Origin: Cupriavidus necator | GTDB lineage: Bacteria > Pseudomonadota > Gammaproteobacteria > Burkholderiales > Burkholderiaceae | Assembly: GCF_016127575.1 (NCBI RefSeq) | Contig: NZ_CP066019.1 | Coordinates: forward strand, 1,080,001 to 1,112,000 | DNA: 32,000 nt | Reading direction: 5' to 3' | Shown: piece after piece, positions 18,565-26,994 of the stretch | Layout of the letters: every line of letters starts with the position of its first letter | How positions within the stretch are numbered: position 1 is the stretch's first letter | The notes under the pieces: generated by a model | What the model was told of the DNA's origin: nothing | Database searches by the model: none | What the model saw: only the letters and a program-made list of their open reading frames with translations | Translations under genes and position numbers: made by a program

Positions 18565-21006
18565 CTACATCCGGAACACCGCCCCCAGCCAGAAGCTGCG
18601 CGGCGCGCCCGGTGCCACGAACAGCGCGCTGGCGGCATCCCCCGGTGCCACGTGCGGGCGCACCAGGCTACCGCCGGGGAACACATCGTTCGCGATCTGT
18701 CCGTAGGTCTCGTAGCGCCGGTCAAAGACATTGGCCAAGCGTGCATAGATCTCAAACCGCTTGTTCACCTTGTACGCCGCGCGCAGGTTCAGGGTGGCGT
18801 AGCCGGGCACATGCCAGTCGGCGGTCTTCGGCGGCGCGCCCGGCTGCGGGTCGCTGCGCAGGCCGTCTTCGTTGCCGCTGGAGACGGTGCCTGACACCGC
18901 CACCAGGTCGGCGCCAAGCGTCAGGCCGGCCAGTGCCTGCCAGTCGAGGCCCAGCTTGAGCGTATGGCGGGGCAGGCCCGCCATGCGCATGCCGGGCCGG
19001 ATGTCGATGGTGCGTTCGCCGGCGGCAAGCTGGCCGGCGGCCTGGTAGGTGGCCTGCAGATAGCTGTACGCAAGCCGCAGCGTGACATCGCCCACGCGCT
19101 GGCGGGCGGTGAGGTCCAGACCCTGGTTGCGGGTGCGGTCGAAGTTGGCGAAGTAGCCGAGCTGGGTGTTCGGCGCGCGCAGGAAGAGGATGTCGTCGTG
19201 ATTGTCGACGCGGTAGAGCGACGCGGTGACTTCGGTGTCCTTGCCGCGGTGCCAGCGCACGCCTGCTTCATAGGAGTGTGAGACCACCTGCTTCAGGTAG
19301 GGATCGGCCTGCAGGCCGGCCGGCAGGCGGCAGGGCCGCGTCGGGTCGGCGCAGCCGAGTTCGAGCACGGTCGGTACGCGGTTGTTCTGCGCGTAGCCCC
19401 CGAACACGGTGACGCCGCCGCCCAGCTTCTGCGAGAGTCCCAGCGCGGGGTTGAGGCGGCGGTAGGTAAAGCTTTCGCGCGGCTGTCCGCTGCCGTCGCT
19501 GTTGCGCAGGGTATTGCTTACCTCGACGTGGTTCCACCTGGCCGAGGCGGTCAGGAAGGTGCTGGGGGTCAGCGACCAGGTGTCGGACAGGTACAGGCCG
19601 AGCATGCGCGAGCTGCCGCCGACGCCGGAGAACAGGGCATTGGGGGCGTCCGGGTCGGCCACGGCGCCGCGGTCGTCGGTGAAGGTGCCAGGCTGCGCGT
19701 ACTGCGAATAGGTCAGGCGGCTGCGGTCCAGGGTCAGGCCGGCGTTGAGCAGGTGGCGGTCGGTCTCCCTGGCCATGCTCAGCGCCATGCCGACGGTCTG
19801 CTGCCACATATGGGTGGTGTTGATCACGGCGGGATGCAGCGCGGCGCCTTCGGCCCGGGTCATGCCGCAGTCGGCGCCGAGCGGGCTGCCGTCGGGCGCA
19901 AAGCCGTCCTCGCAGTCTTCGGCATAGGCCTCGTAGGCGGGGTTGACATCGCCGTTGGTGGTGTCGCGGCGGCTGGTGCGCACGTAGGCCAGCGCGGCGG
20001 CGCTGGTCTTGTCGTCGAACCAGTGGCGGCCGTTGACGACGACCTGGGTCACCTGGTTGCGGGTCTGGTCGGGGTAGGTGTACACGGCGTGGCGGTTGGC
20101 CTGGTAGAGGTCTGGCAGCGTGCCATTGGCGCTGGCGTGGAAGCTGGGCACCAGCCCGTTGCCGGTCAGCGTGCTGCGGCCGTGCAGCACGGAGACGTCC
20201 AAGCTGTCAGTGTCGCCCGCATAGCCAGCCTTGGCGAAGACGTTGCCAAGCCGGCCGCCCGACTGGTCACGCCAGCCATGCTCCTGAAACAGGGTGCCGG
20301 CCGCGAATGCGTGCCAGCCGCTGTCGCTGCGCACGCCGCCGGACAGGTCGGCGCGCTTGCGGGCGCCGCTGCCGTAGGACAGGTCGGCCTCGAAGCCGGG
20401 CGAGTCCAGCCCGGAACGAGTGGTCATGGCCAGCGCCCCGCCCAGGGTATTGAGGCCGTAGGCCGGGTTGGCGCTGGACACCAGCGACACGCTCGCCAGC
20501 GCGGCTTCCGGGATCATGTCCCAGCTGACCACGTCGCCGAAGGGCTCGTTGACGCGGATGCCGTCCAGGTAGACCGACAGTCCCTGCGGCACGCCCGGAA
20601 TGGATGAGGCACGGAAGCCGCGGTAGGTGATGTCGGTCTGGAACGGGCTGCCCTGGATGTCGTTGACGTTGACGCCGGCCAGGTTGCGGGACAGGTACTC
20701 GGCCAGGTTGCCGGCGCGCGACCGATCCAGGTCGTCGCCGCGCACGGTCTGCACGGTGTAGGGCACCAGGTCGCTGTCGACGCCGATGCCTGGCAGCGGC
20801 GCGGCGGCCACCACCAGGACTTCCGGCAGCATGGCGCTGTCCTGGTTTGGGACAGCGGTGTCGTGCTGCGCAACAGCGGGCCGCTGGGTCATCAGGGCGA
20901 CCGCCATGGCAATCGCGGTGGCGGCGCCGCGGCTGGTCCTGCGGCGGCAAGCCACGGTGTCGCGCGGCGCCTGCCCTGGCGGTGCGGGGCGCGGGTTGGC
21001 TGGCAT
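18565..21006 (-). CDS. TonB-dependent outer-membrane receptor
   Basis: It has a signal peptide and a TonB-box-like [11 protein letters not shown]. The plug motifs are present: [16 protein letters not shown]...QTDITYRGF...[17 protein letters not shown] long beta-barrel region follows. GGAGGAG lies about 8 nt upstream of the ATG at 21006, and the 107-aa extension in the track is rejected. The protein ends ...VFRM, whereas most TBDRs end with an aromatic residue. Confidence 0.9.
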   Translation of the reverse strand: MPANPRPAPPGQAPRDTVACRRRTSRGAATAIAMAVALMTQRPAVAQHDTAVPNQDSAMLPEVLVVAAAPLPGIGVDSDLVPYTVQTVRGDDLDRSRAGNLAEYLSRNLAGVNVNDIQGSPFQTDITYRGFRASSIPGVPQGLSVYLDGIRVNEPFGDVVSWDMIPEAALASVSLVSSANPAYGLNTLGGALAMTTRSGLDSPGFEADLSYGSGARKRADLSGGVRSDSGWHAFAAGTLFQEHGWRDQSGGRLGNVFAKAGYAGDTDSLDVSVLHGRSTLTGNGLVPSFHASANGTLPDLYQANRHAVYTYPDQTRNQVTQVVVNGRHWFDDKTSAAALAYVRTSRRDTTNGDVNPAYEAYAEDCEDGFAPDGSPLGADCGMTRAEGAALHPAVINTTHMWQQTVGMALSMARETDRHLLNAGLTLDRSRLTYSQYAQPGTFTDDRGAVADPDAPNALFSGVGGSSRMLGLYLSDTWSLTPSTFLTASARWNHVEVSNTLRNSDGSGQPRESFTYRRLNPALGLSQKLGGGVTVFGGYAQNNRVPTVLELGCADPTRPCRLPAGLQADPYLKQVVSHSYEAGVRWHRGKDTEVTASLYRVDNHDDILFLRAPNTQLGYFANFDRTRNQGLDLTARQRVGDVTLRLAYSYLQATYQAAGQLAAGERTIDIRPGMRMAGLPRHTLKLGLDWQALAGLTLGADLVAVSGTVSSGNEDGLRSDPQPGAPPKTADWHVPGYATLNLRAAYKVNKRFEIYARLANVFDRRYETYGQIANDVFPGGSLVRPHVAPGDAASALFVAPGAPRSFWLGAVFRM

Positions 21007-21328
21007 GGTTCCGTCTCCTCCGGATAAGCGGCGCGATACCTGCATTGGGTAGCGCCTGCCCGGAGCTGAGCAGGTTTCGTACCGTGCATCGGGAGTCCGG
21101 CACTTGCGCGGTGAGCGGCCCGGGAACGCGCTGGCCGAACCCGCCTTGCGCCGATGCCTGTCACAAAACAGGACAGCTGCGGACACAAGCAGCGGGCCGG
21201 TGCTCAACCATGGGACAGTCGTTCGCAGCGCACCGCACAAGGCACGGCCTGGCTGCAGCGTCCGGCAGTGCGTCCGGCGCGGCCAGGCAACGGCTGGCAT
21301 GGAGCGCGGCCTGATGCTGCGCTGCACA

Positions 21329-21343
21329 TGGTATCGGCCTTGC
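21329..21343 (+). promoter_or_regulatory. Possible sigma54 (-24/-12) promoter upstream of the Bug/ABC operon
   Basis: TGGTAT-cggcc-TTGCT has the correct GG-to-GC spacing of 12 nt and lies about 40 nt upstream of the ATG at 21383. The -24 half is only a partial match to TGGCAC. Confidence 0.3.
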
Positions 21344-21382
21344 TCTGTTCACCTGCATCAACACTCTGCCTGGTGCTTAGCC

Positions 21383-22378
21383 ATGTTCCGCCGCCTTGGT
21401 CGCTGCCTTGCCTGCCTGCTGTTGCCGTGCCTCGGCCTGGTCCATGCGGGCGCAGCGCTGGCCGAGGGCGCGCACGGGTATCCGTCGCGGCCGATCACGC
21501 TGGTGGTGCCATGGCCAGCGGGCGGCGCCACCGATATCTCCATGCGCATCCTGGCGGAGCTGGCCGGGCGCGAGCTGGGGCAGCCGGTCGTGGTGGAGAA
21601 CCGGCCGGGCGCCGGCGGCACGCTGGTGGGAGGCTTGCTTGCCGCGGCGCGGCCGGACGGCTACACCATCGGCCAGCTGCCGCTGACGGTATATCGCTTC
21701 CCGCATCAGCAGAAGACCGCCTGGCAGCCGCTGCGCGACATCCAGCCGGTGCTGATGATCTCGGGCTATACCTTCGGCATCGTGGTGCCCGCAGACAGCC
21801 CGTTACGCTCGCTGCGCGACCTGGTCGCCTGGGGCCGCGCGCATCCGGGCGAGCTGACCGTGGGCTCCACCGGCATCGGCACCACCGCCCATCTGGCGAT
21901 GGAGGACGTGCTCGGGCGCAGCGGCGTGCGCTATATCCACGTGCCGTATCACGGCACCGCTGACCAGATGCTGGCGGTGGCCAACGGTTCGCTGATGGCG
22001 GGGGTCAATTCCACCGGCTTCGCGCCTTTCGTCGAGACCGGCAAGCTGCGCTTGCTGGCCGTGTTCAGCGCGCAGCGCTCACCGCGCTGGCCCGAGGTGC
22101 CGACGGTAAGCGAGCTGGGCTTTGCCGATGCGGTTCATAACTCGCCCTACGGCATCGGCGTGCCGCGCGGCACCGATCCGGCAATCGTCCGCCGCCTGCA
22201 TGACGCATTCCGTGCCGCGATGCAGCAGCCGCGCCACCTTGCGGAACTGGCCAGGTACGACCAGGAGCTGACCTACCTGAATACCGCGCAATACGATGAC
22301 TTCCTGCGCCATGCGTGGGAGACCGAGCGGAGCTTTGCCGAGCGCGTGGGCACCGCGCGGCCCAGGGGGCAGCTGTGA
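21383..22378 (+). CDS. Bug-family (TctC-like) substrate-binding protein, first gene of the quinoprotein-associated operon
   Basis: A signal peptide (MFRRLGRCLACLLLPCLGLVHAGAALA) is followed by the Bug hallmark YPSRPITLVVPWPAGGATD...VVVENRPGAGGTL...RPDGYTIG. The stop TGA at 22376-22378 overlaps the next ATG (TGATG). The 93-aa extension in the track is rejected. Confidence 0.9.
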   Translation: MFRRLGRCLACLLLPCLGLVHAGAALAEGAHGYPSRPITLVVPWPAGGATDISMRILAELAGRELGQPVVVENRPGAGGTLVGGLLAAARPDGYTIGQLPLTVYRFPHQQKTAWQPLRDIQPVLMISGYTFGIVVPADSPLRSLRDLVAWGRAHPGELTVGSTGIGTTAHLAMEDVLGRSGVRYIHVPYHGTADQMLAVANGSLMAGVNSTGFAPFVETGKLRLLAVFSAQRSPRWPEVPTVSELGFADAVHNSPYGIGVPRGTDPAIVRRLHDAFRAAMQQPRHLAELARYDQELTYLNTAQYDDFLRHAWETERSFAERVGTARPRGQL

Positions 22379-23154
22379 TGGCCATGCAAGCGCCGCCGGC
22401 GCTGTGCTGCGATGCCGTGCGCAAGGCCTTTGGCAGCCGCGTGGCCCTGGATGGGGTCTCGCTCAGCGTGCGGCGCGGCGAGTTCGTGGCACTGCTCGGC
22501 CCCAACGGGGCGGGCAAGACGACGCTGTTCCAGATCCTCAGCGGCCTGTTCGTGGCCGATACCGGGCAGGTCACGGTCATGGGCAGCGACATGCGGCGCG
22601 ATCCGGTGCGCGCGCTGGCGCGGCTGGGCATCGTGTTCCAGCAGCCGGCCATCGACCTGGACCTGCCGGTGCTGGCCAACCTGCGCTTTCACGCGGACCT
22701 GCACGGGCTGCCGCGCGGCGTGGCGGCGCTGCGCATCGCCCGGCTGCTCGATGACTTCGGGCTGGCGGCGCGTGCGCGCGCACCGGTGCGCGAGCTTTCG
22801 GGCGGCAACCGGCGCAAGGTGGAACTGGCGCGCGCGCTGCTGCATGAACCGGCCATGCTGCTGCTGGACGAGCCGACGGTGGGGCTGGACCCGGCCTCGC
22901 GCGCGCAACTGGTGGCCGATGCGCGGCGCCTGACGGCGCGGGCGCAGGCCGGCGTGCTGTGGGCCACCCACCTGGTGCAGGAGGTGGAGCACGCCGACCG
23001 CGTGATCGTGCTGGACCGCGGCATGGTGCGTTTCGACGGCACCCCGGCCGCACTGCGCGGCGCCGCTGCGTGCGACACCCTGGAGGGCGCTTTCCTGGCC
23101 ATGACGCCGCGGGCCCCTGTCACTGACCCGGCCGCGAGGCGCGTACCCGCATGA
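22378..23154 (+). CDS. ABC transporter ATP-binding protein (PQQ-dependent alcohol dehydrogenase system type; PedB/LutE-like)
   Basis: Walker A GPNGAGKTT, signature LSGGNRRKVELARAL, Walker B LLLDEPTVGLD and H-loop WATHLV are present. It is a single-NBD ABC-2/DrrA-like ATPase. The start is coupled to the upstream stop. Confidence 0.9.
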   Translation: MAMQAPPALCCDAVRKAFGSRVALDGVSLSVRRGEFVALLGPNGAGKTTLFQILSGLFVADTGQVTVMGSDMRRDPVRALARLGIVFQQPAIDLDLPVLANLRFHADLHGLPRGVAALRIARLLDDFGLAARARAPVRELSGGNRRKVELARALLHEPAMLLLDEPTVGLDPASRAQLVADARRLTARAQAGVLWATHLVQEVEHADRVIVLDRGMVRFDGTPAALRGAAACDTLEGAFLAMTPRAPVTDPAARRVPA

Positions 23155-24179
23155 ACAAGATGCCATCTCCCCGCTGGTTTGCCGGCGCCTTGCTGCTGGT
23201 CACGACGCTGCTGGTTGCCGCCGGCCTGGCCGAAGGCGCGCAGGGCGGGGCCGCGCGACCCGCCGGCCAGGCTGGCAACCAGGTCTTTGTCTCGAGCGAG
23301 AAGGACGATGCCCTCGCCGTCTTCGATGCCCGCAGCCGGCAGCTGGTCGCGGTATGGCGGCAGTGCAAGCGCCCGCGCCACCTGCAACTGTCGCCCGACC
23401 GGACGCGCCTGTACGTGGCCTGCAGCGACGACAACCGGGTGGATGTGGTCGACGTGGCCAGCCGCAAGACCGTGGCATCGCTGCCGGTGGGGGATGATCC
23501 GGAGTTGTTCGATCTCAGCCAGGACGGCCGCACGCTCTATGTCTCGAATGAAGAGGACGGGCTGCTGTCGGCCTACGACACGGCGTCGGGCAAGCGCGTG
23601 TTCGCGGTCAGGGTGGGCGAGGAGCCGGAGGGCGTCAAGGTCAGCGCCGACGGCAGGCATGTGTACGTGACCTCGGAGGTGGCCAACCTGGTCCATGTCA
23701 TCGACGTGGCCTCGCGCAAGGTGATCCGCAATATCCAGGTCGGCAACCGGCCGCGGCGGCTGCTGCTGGTGCGCGACGGCAAGGAGCTGTGGGTATCCAA
23801 CGAGCTCTCGGCCAGCGTCAGCGTGATCCGTACCGATACCTTCGAGGTGGCCCAGACCATCGCCTTCGCGCCGCGGGGCTTTCGCGCCGAGGACGTGACC
23901 CCGGTGGGCATGGCGGCCAGCGGCGACGGCACGCGCGCCTATATCGGGCTCGGCCGCGCCAACCATGTCGCGGTGGTCGAGGTGGCGTCGCGCCGGGTGC
24001 AGGACTATGTGCTGGTCGGCCGCCGCGCATGGGGGCTGGCGCTGAGCCGCGACAACGCGCGGCTGTATGTCGCCAACGGCCTGTCCGACGATGTCAGCGT
24101 GGTGGCCACCGCCAGCCGCAAGGCGGTGGCCACGCTCAAGGCGGGCCGGGTGCCGCATTCGGTGGCGATCGATGACTGA
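23151..24179 (+). CDS. Periplasmic YVTN-repeat beta-propeller protein (PQQ-dependent catabolism-associated beta-propeller; PedA2/LutB-like)
   Basis: After a signal peptide, repeated units follow the pattern P..L..S.DG..LYV.N...D.VSV.D (for example LSPDRTRLYVACSDDNRVDVVD, LSQDGRTLYVSNEEDGLLSAYD, VSADGRHVYVTSEVANLVHVID, LSRDNARLYVANGLSDDVSVV). It overlaps the ATPase stop with ATGA. Confidence 0.85.
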   Translation: MNKMPSPRWFAGALLLVTTLLVAAGLAEGAQGGAARPAGQAGNQVFVSSEKDDALAVFDARSRQLVAVWRQCKRPRHLQLSPDRTRLYVACSDDNRVDVVDVASRKTVASLPVGDDPELFDLSQDGRTLYVSNEEDGLLSAYDTASGKRVFAVRVGEEPEGVKVSADGRHVYVTSEVANLVHVIDVASRKVIRNIQVGNRPRRLLLVRDGKELWVSNELSASVSVIRTDTFEVAQTIAFAPRGFRAEDVTPVGMAASGDGTRAYIGLGRANHVAVVEVASRRVQDYVLVGRRAWGLALSRDNARLYVANGLSDDVSVVATASRKAVATLKAGRVPHSVAIDD

Positions 24180-25377
24180 GCGCTCGCGTGCGTGGTGGCA
24201 GTGGTGGCGTGCCGGGCTGGGCGCCGTGGCGCTGGGGTGGCTGCCTGCCGCGGTGCACGCTGCCGAGGTGCGCGTGGCGGTCGTGTCGCAGGCCGACGAC
24301 GCGCGCTATGCGCCCCGGCGCCTGGCGCAGCGCTATCCCGGCCAGCCGCAGGGCCGTGCGCTCGACGGCGCCCAGGTGGCGGCCGCCGAAGCGCGCGTGG
24401 CGCTCGGGGCCGCGGGCCAGTCGCTCAGGCTGGAAGCACAGGAAGCCCGCACTGAAGCCGAGGTGGCCCCGCTGGTCGCGGCGCTGGCGCGGCAGGGCAC
24501 GCGCTATATCCTGCTGGACCTGCCGCCGGCATCGGTCAGGGCGGCCACGGGCGCGGTCAAGCCGGGCGAGGCCTTGTTGTTCAACGTGTCGGCCGACGAC
24601 GACGCGTTGCGCGGCGCCGGCTGCGCGCCGGTGCTGCTGCACACGCTGCCCAGCCTGCGCATGCGCGCGGATGCGCTGATGCAGTACCTGGCACTGCGCA
24701 AATGGCGCCGCGCCCTGCTGCTGAGCGGCCCGTCCGCGGCCGATGCGGCGCAGCGCGACGCGCTGGTGGCGTCGGCGCGGCGCTTTGGCATTGCCTGGTC
24801 GGCGCAGCGCGCCTTCCGGCTGTCCAACGACCCGCGTGAGCGCGACCAGGCCAACCTCGGCCTGCTGACCGGCGGCGTGGACTATGACGTGGTGGTGGTG
24901 GCCGATGCCGACGGCGAGTTCGCCCGCGGCGTGCCCTACGCCACGCTGCTGCCGCGCCCGGTGGTGGGCGCCGGCGGGCTGGGCGCGCAGGCGTGGCACT
25001 GGGCCTGGGAGCGCAATGGCGGGCCGCAGCTCAACCGGCGCTTCATGCGCGCGGCGGGCCGTCCGATGACCGGCTACGACTGGGCTGCCTGGGTGGCGGT
25101 CAAGGCCATTGCCGAGAGCGTGGCGCGCCTGCCCGGGGCCGGGTTTGCCGGACAGGCGCAGGCGCTTGCCGCCGGGCAGGTGGTGGTGGACGGCTTCAAG
25201 GGGCCGCCGCTGTCGTTCCGCCGCTGGGACCGCCAGCTGCGCCAGCCGGTGTTGCTGGCCCACCCCGACGGCGTGGCCGGCATGGCCCCGGTGGAAGGCG
25301 TGTTGCATCCGAAGAACAACCTCGACACCCTGGGCGCCGATGAAGCCGACACGGCGTGCCGGGCCCCATCCGCGTAG
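24172..25377 (+). CDS. Type-1 (LivK-like) periplasmic substrate-binding protein of the PQQ-ADH-associated ABC system (PedA1/LutA-like)
   Basis: The start at MTERSRAWWQWW gives a signal/anchor segment ending AVHA-AEVRVAVV. The fold-level pattern of branched-chain-type binding proteins is present (RYILLDLP..., ...LQYLALRKWRRALLLSGP...). It overlaps the previous gene by 8 nt. The 35-aa extension in the track is rejected. Confidence 0.75.
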   Translation: MTERSRAWWQWWRAGLGAVALGWLPAAVHAAEVRVAVVSQADDARYAPRRLAQRYPGQPQGRALDGAQVAAAEARVALGAAGQSLRLEAQEARTEAEVAPLVAALARQGTRYILLDLPPASVRAATGAVKPGEALLFNVSADDDALRGAGCAPVLLHTLPSLRMRADALMQYLALRKWRRALLLSGPSAADAAQRDALVASARRFGIAWSAQRAFRLSNDPRERDQANLGLLTGGVDYDVVVVADADGEFARGVPYATLLPRPVVGAGGLGAQAWHWAWERNGGPQLNRRFMRAAGRPMTGYDWAAWVAVKAIAESVARLPGAGFAGQAQALAAGQVVVDGFKGPPLSFRRWDRQLRQPVLLAHPDGVAGMAPVEGVLHPKNNLDTLGADEADTACRAPSA

Positions 25378-25384
25378 CGCACCC

Positions 25385-26197
25385 ATGGCCTCCATCCTGA
25401 TCCATCGCTGGCGCGCGCTGCGCGCGGTTTGCGGGCGCGAGCTGCGCAAGTACCTGCGCCAGCCCGGGCGCCTGCTGTCGTCGCTGGTGCGCCCGCTGCT
25501 GTGGCTGCTGGTGTTTGCCGCGGGCTTCCAGAACGCGCTGGGCGTCGCCATTGCGCCGCCCTACGACACCTACATCGAATACAAGGTCTACGTGGCGCCC
25601 GGACTGCTGGGCATGATCGCGCTGTTCAACGGCATGCAGTCGTCGCTGGCCATGGTGTACGACCGCGAGATGGGCGTGATGCGGCTGCTGCTGACCGCGC
25701 CGCTGCCGCGGGGCTGGCTGCTGGCTTGCAAGCTGGCGGCGGGTACGGTGCTGTCGCTGCTGCAGATGGCCGCGTTCCTGCTGGTGGCGATGGCCTTCGG
25801 CATCCGCTTCGAGTCCCTGCACCTGCTGGCGGCGACGGGCGCCATGGCGCTGGCCGCGCTGATGCTGGGTGCGCTGGGCCTGCTGCTGTCGGTTCATGTG
25901 CGCCAGCTCGAGAACTTTGCCGGCACCATGAACTTCGTGATCTTCCCGATGTTCTTCATCAGCTCGGCGCTGTATCCACTGTGGAAGCTGCAGGAGTCGG
26001 GCGCGGAGCTGGTGTACCAGCTGGCCCGCTTCAATCCGTTCACCCACGCGGTCGAGGCGATCCGCTTTGCGCTGTACGGGCAGGTGGCGCCGCTGAGCCT
26101 GGCGGTGGTGGCGGGCAGCGCGGTGGTGTTCTTCGCGCTGGCGCTGCAGGGCTACGACCCGCAGCGCGGCATGGCGCGCCGGGGGCAGCAGGCATGA
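25385..26197 (+). CDS. ABC-2 type transporter permease (PedC/LutF-like)
   Basis: 270 aa with about 6 TM segments. The ABC-2 N-terminus is typical: RELRKYLRQPGRLLSSLVRPLLWLLVFAAGF. It starts 7 nt after the SBP stop. The 92-aa extension in the track is rejected. Confidence 0.85.
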   Translation: MASILIHRWRALRAVCGRELRKYLRQPGRLLSSLVRPLLWLLVFAAGFQNALGVAIAPPYDTYIEYKVYVAPGLLGMIALFNGMQSSLAMVYDREMGVMRLLLTAPLPRGWLLACKLAAGTVLSLLQMAAFLLVAMAFGIRFESLHLLAATGAMALAALMLGALGLLLSVHVRQLENFAGTMNFVIFPMFFISSALYPLWKLQESGAELVYQLARFNPFTHAVEAIRFALYGQVAPLSLAVVAGSAVVFFALALQGYDPQRGMARRGQQA

Positions 26198-26994
26198 GGC
26201 GGCGGACGTGGGGCATGCTCCTGCTGATGGCGGCCGCACTGGGCCTGGCCAGTGCGGCGGTAGCGGCTGCCGGGGCAGCGGGCGCCGTCATCGCGCACAG
26301 CGATCCGCTGCAGTCGCCGCAATGGGCCTGGATCCACAAGGAGCTGCTGCAGTCTGGCCCGGTGGTGTTCGACAGCCGCGTCAGGGTGACCGGGCCGGCG
26401 TTTGCGGAAGACCCCATGCGCGTGCCGATCGCCTTCGATGCCTCGGCGCTGGGCGAAGTGGATCGCATCGTGGTGGCGGTCGACCGCAACCCGATCCGCG
26501 AGGTGCTGGCGTTCGAACCGCTGCGGGTGCGCCCGTCGCTGTCGTTCCGCTTCAAGCTGGAACAGGCTTCGCCGGTGCGGGTGGCGGCGCGCACGCGCGA
26601 TGGCACCTGGCATGTCGGCAGCGTGCTGGTCAATGCCGGCGGCGGGGGCTGTACGGTGCCCGGCGCCACCCGCCGCGACGGCAGCTGGAGCCGCACGCTC
26701 AATCGCGTGGACGCGCGCGTGTTCCCGGGCTTCGGCGGGGCCGCGGCACGCGTGCGGCTGCGCGTGATGCATCCGATGGATACCGGACTGGCAGCGGGCA
26801 TCCCGGCGTTCCACATCGAGACCCTGGTTCTTGCCGACGCGGCCCGGCAGCCGCTGCTGCGCCTGACGCTGCATGAGCCGGTTGCCGAGAATCCGATCTT
26901 CTCCTTCGACCTGCGCGATGCCGTGCCGCCGGGCATGACGGTGGCCGGCCACGACAACAACGGCAACCGCATCGCGGCGCGGGTGTCACCATGA
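26194..26994 (+). CDS. SoxY-SoxZ fusion-like periplasmic carrier protein (quinoprotein dehydrogenase-associated SoxYZ-like carrier)
   Basis: An RR-containing signal peptide (MRRRTWGMLLLMAAALGLASA) is present. The N-terminal half fits the SoxY pattern (VTGPAFAEDPMRVPI...VAVDRNP...SFRFKLEQASPVRVAART.DGTWH..SVLVNAGGGGC). The C-terminal half fits SoxZ (RVRLRVMHPMDTG...IPAFHIETLVL...EPVAENPIFSFDL). It overlaps the permease stop with ATGA. The 255-aa extension in the track is rejected. Confidence 0.75.
   Translation: MRRRTWGMLLLMAAALGLASAAVAAAGAAGAVIAHSDPLQSPQWAWIHKELLQSGPVVFDSRVRVTGPAFAEDPMRVPIAFDASALGEVDRIVVAVDRNPIREVLAFEPLRVRPSLSFRFKLEQASPVRVAARTRDGTWHVGSVLVNAGGGGCTVPGATRRDGSWSRTLNRVDARVFPGFGGAAARVRLRVMHPMDTGLAAGIPAFHIETLVLADAARQPLLRLTLHEPVAENPIFSFDLRDAVPPGMTVAGHDNNGNRIAARVSP

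Noticed and set aside
21158-21171. CTGT...ACAG palindrome as a LexA/SOS box.
   Set aside because: The spacing is CTGT-N6-ACAG, not the CTGT-N8-ACAG of proteobacterial SOS boxes. The neighbouring genes have no link to DNA damage. It is kept only as a generic candidate operator.
21007-21382. Cobalamin riboswitch, Fur box or FecIR-type signalling upstream of or within the TonB-dependent receptor.
   Set aside because: Reading the minus-strand leader, I found no B12-box-like AGYCMGGAGACCKGCC element and no AT-rich Fur-type palindrome. The receptor N-terminus has no extra STN-like signalling domain. This absence was judged by eye only.
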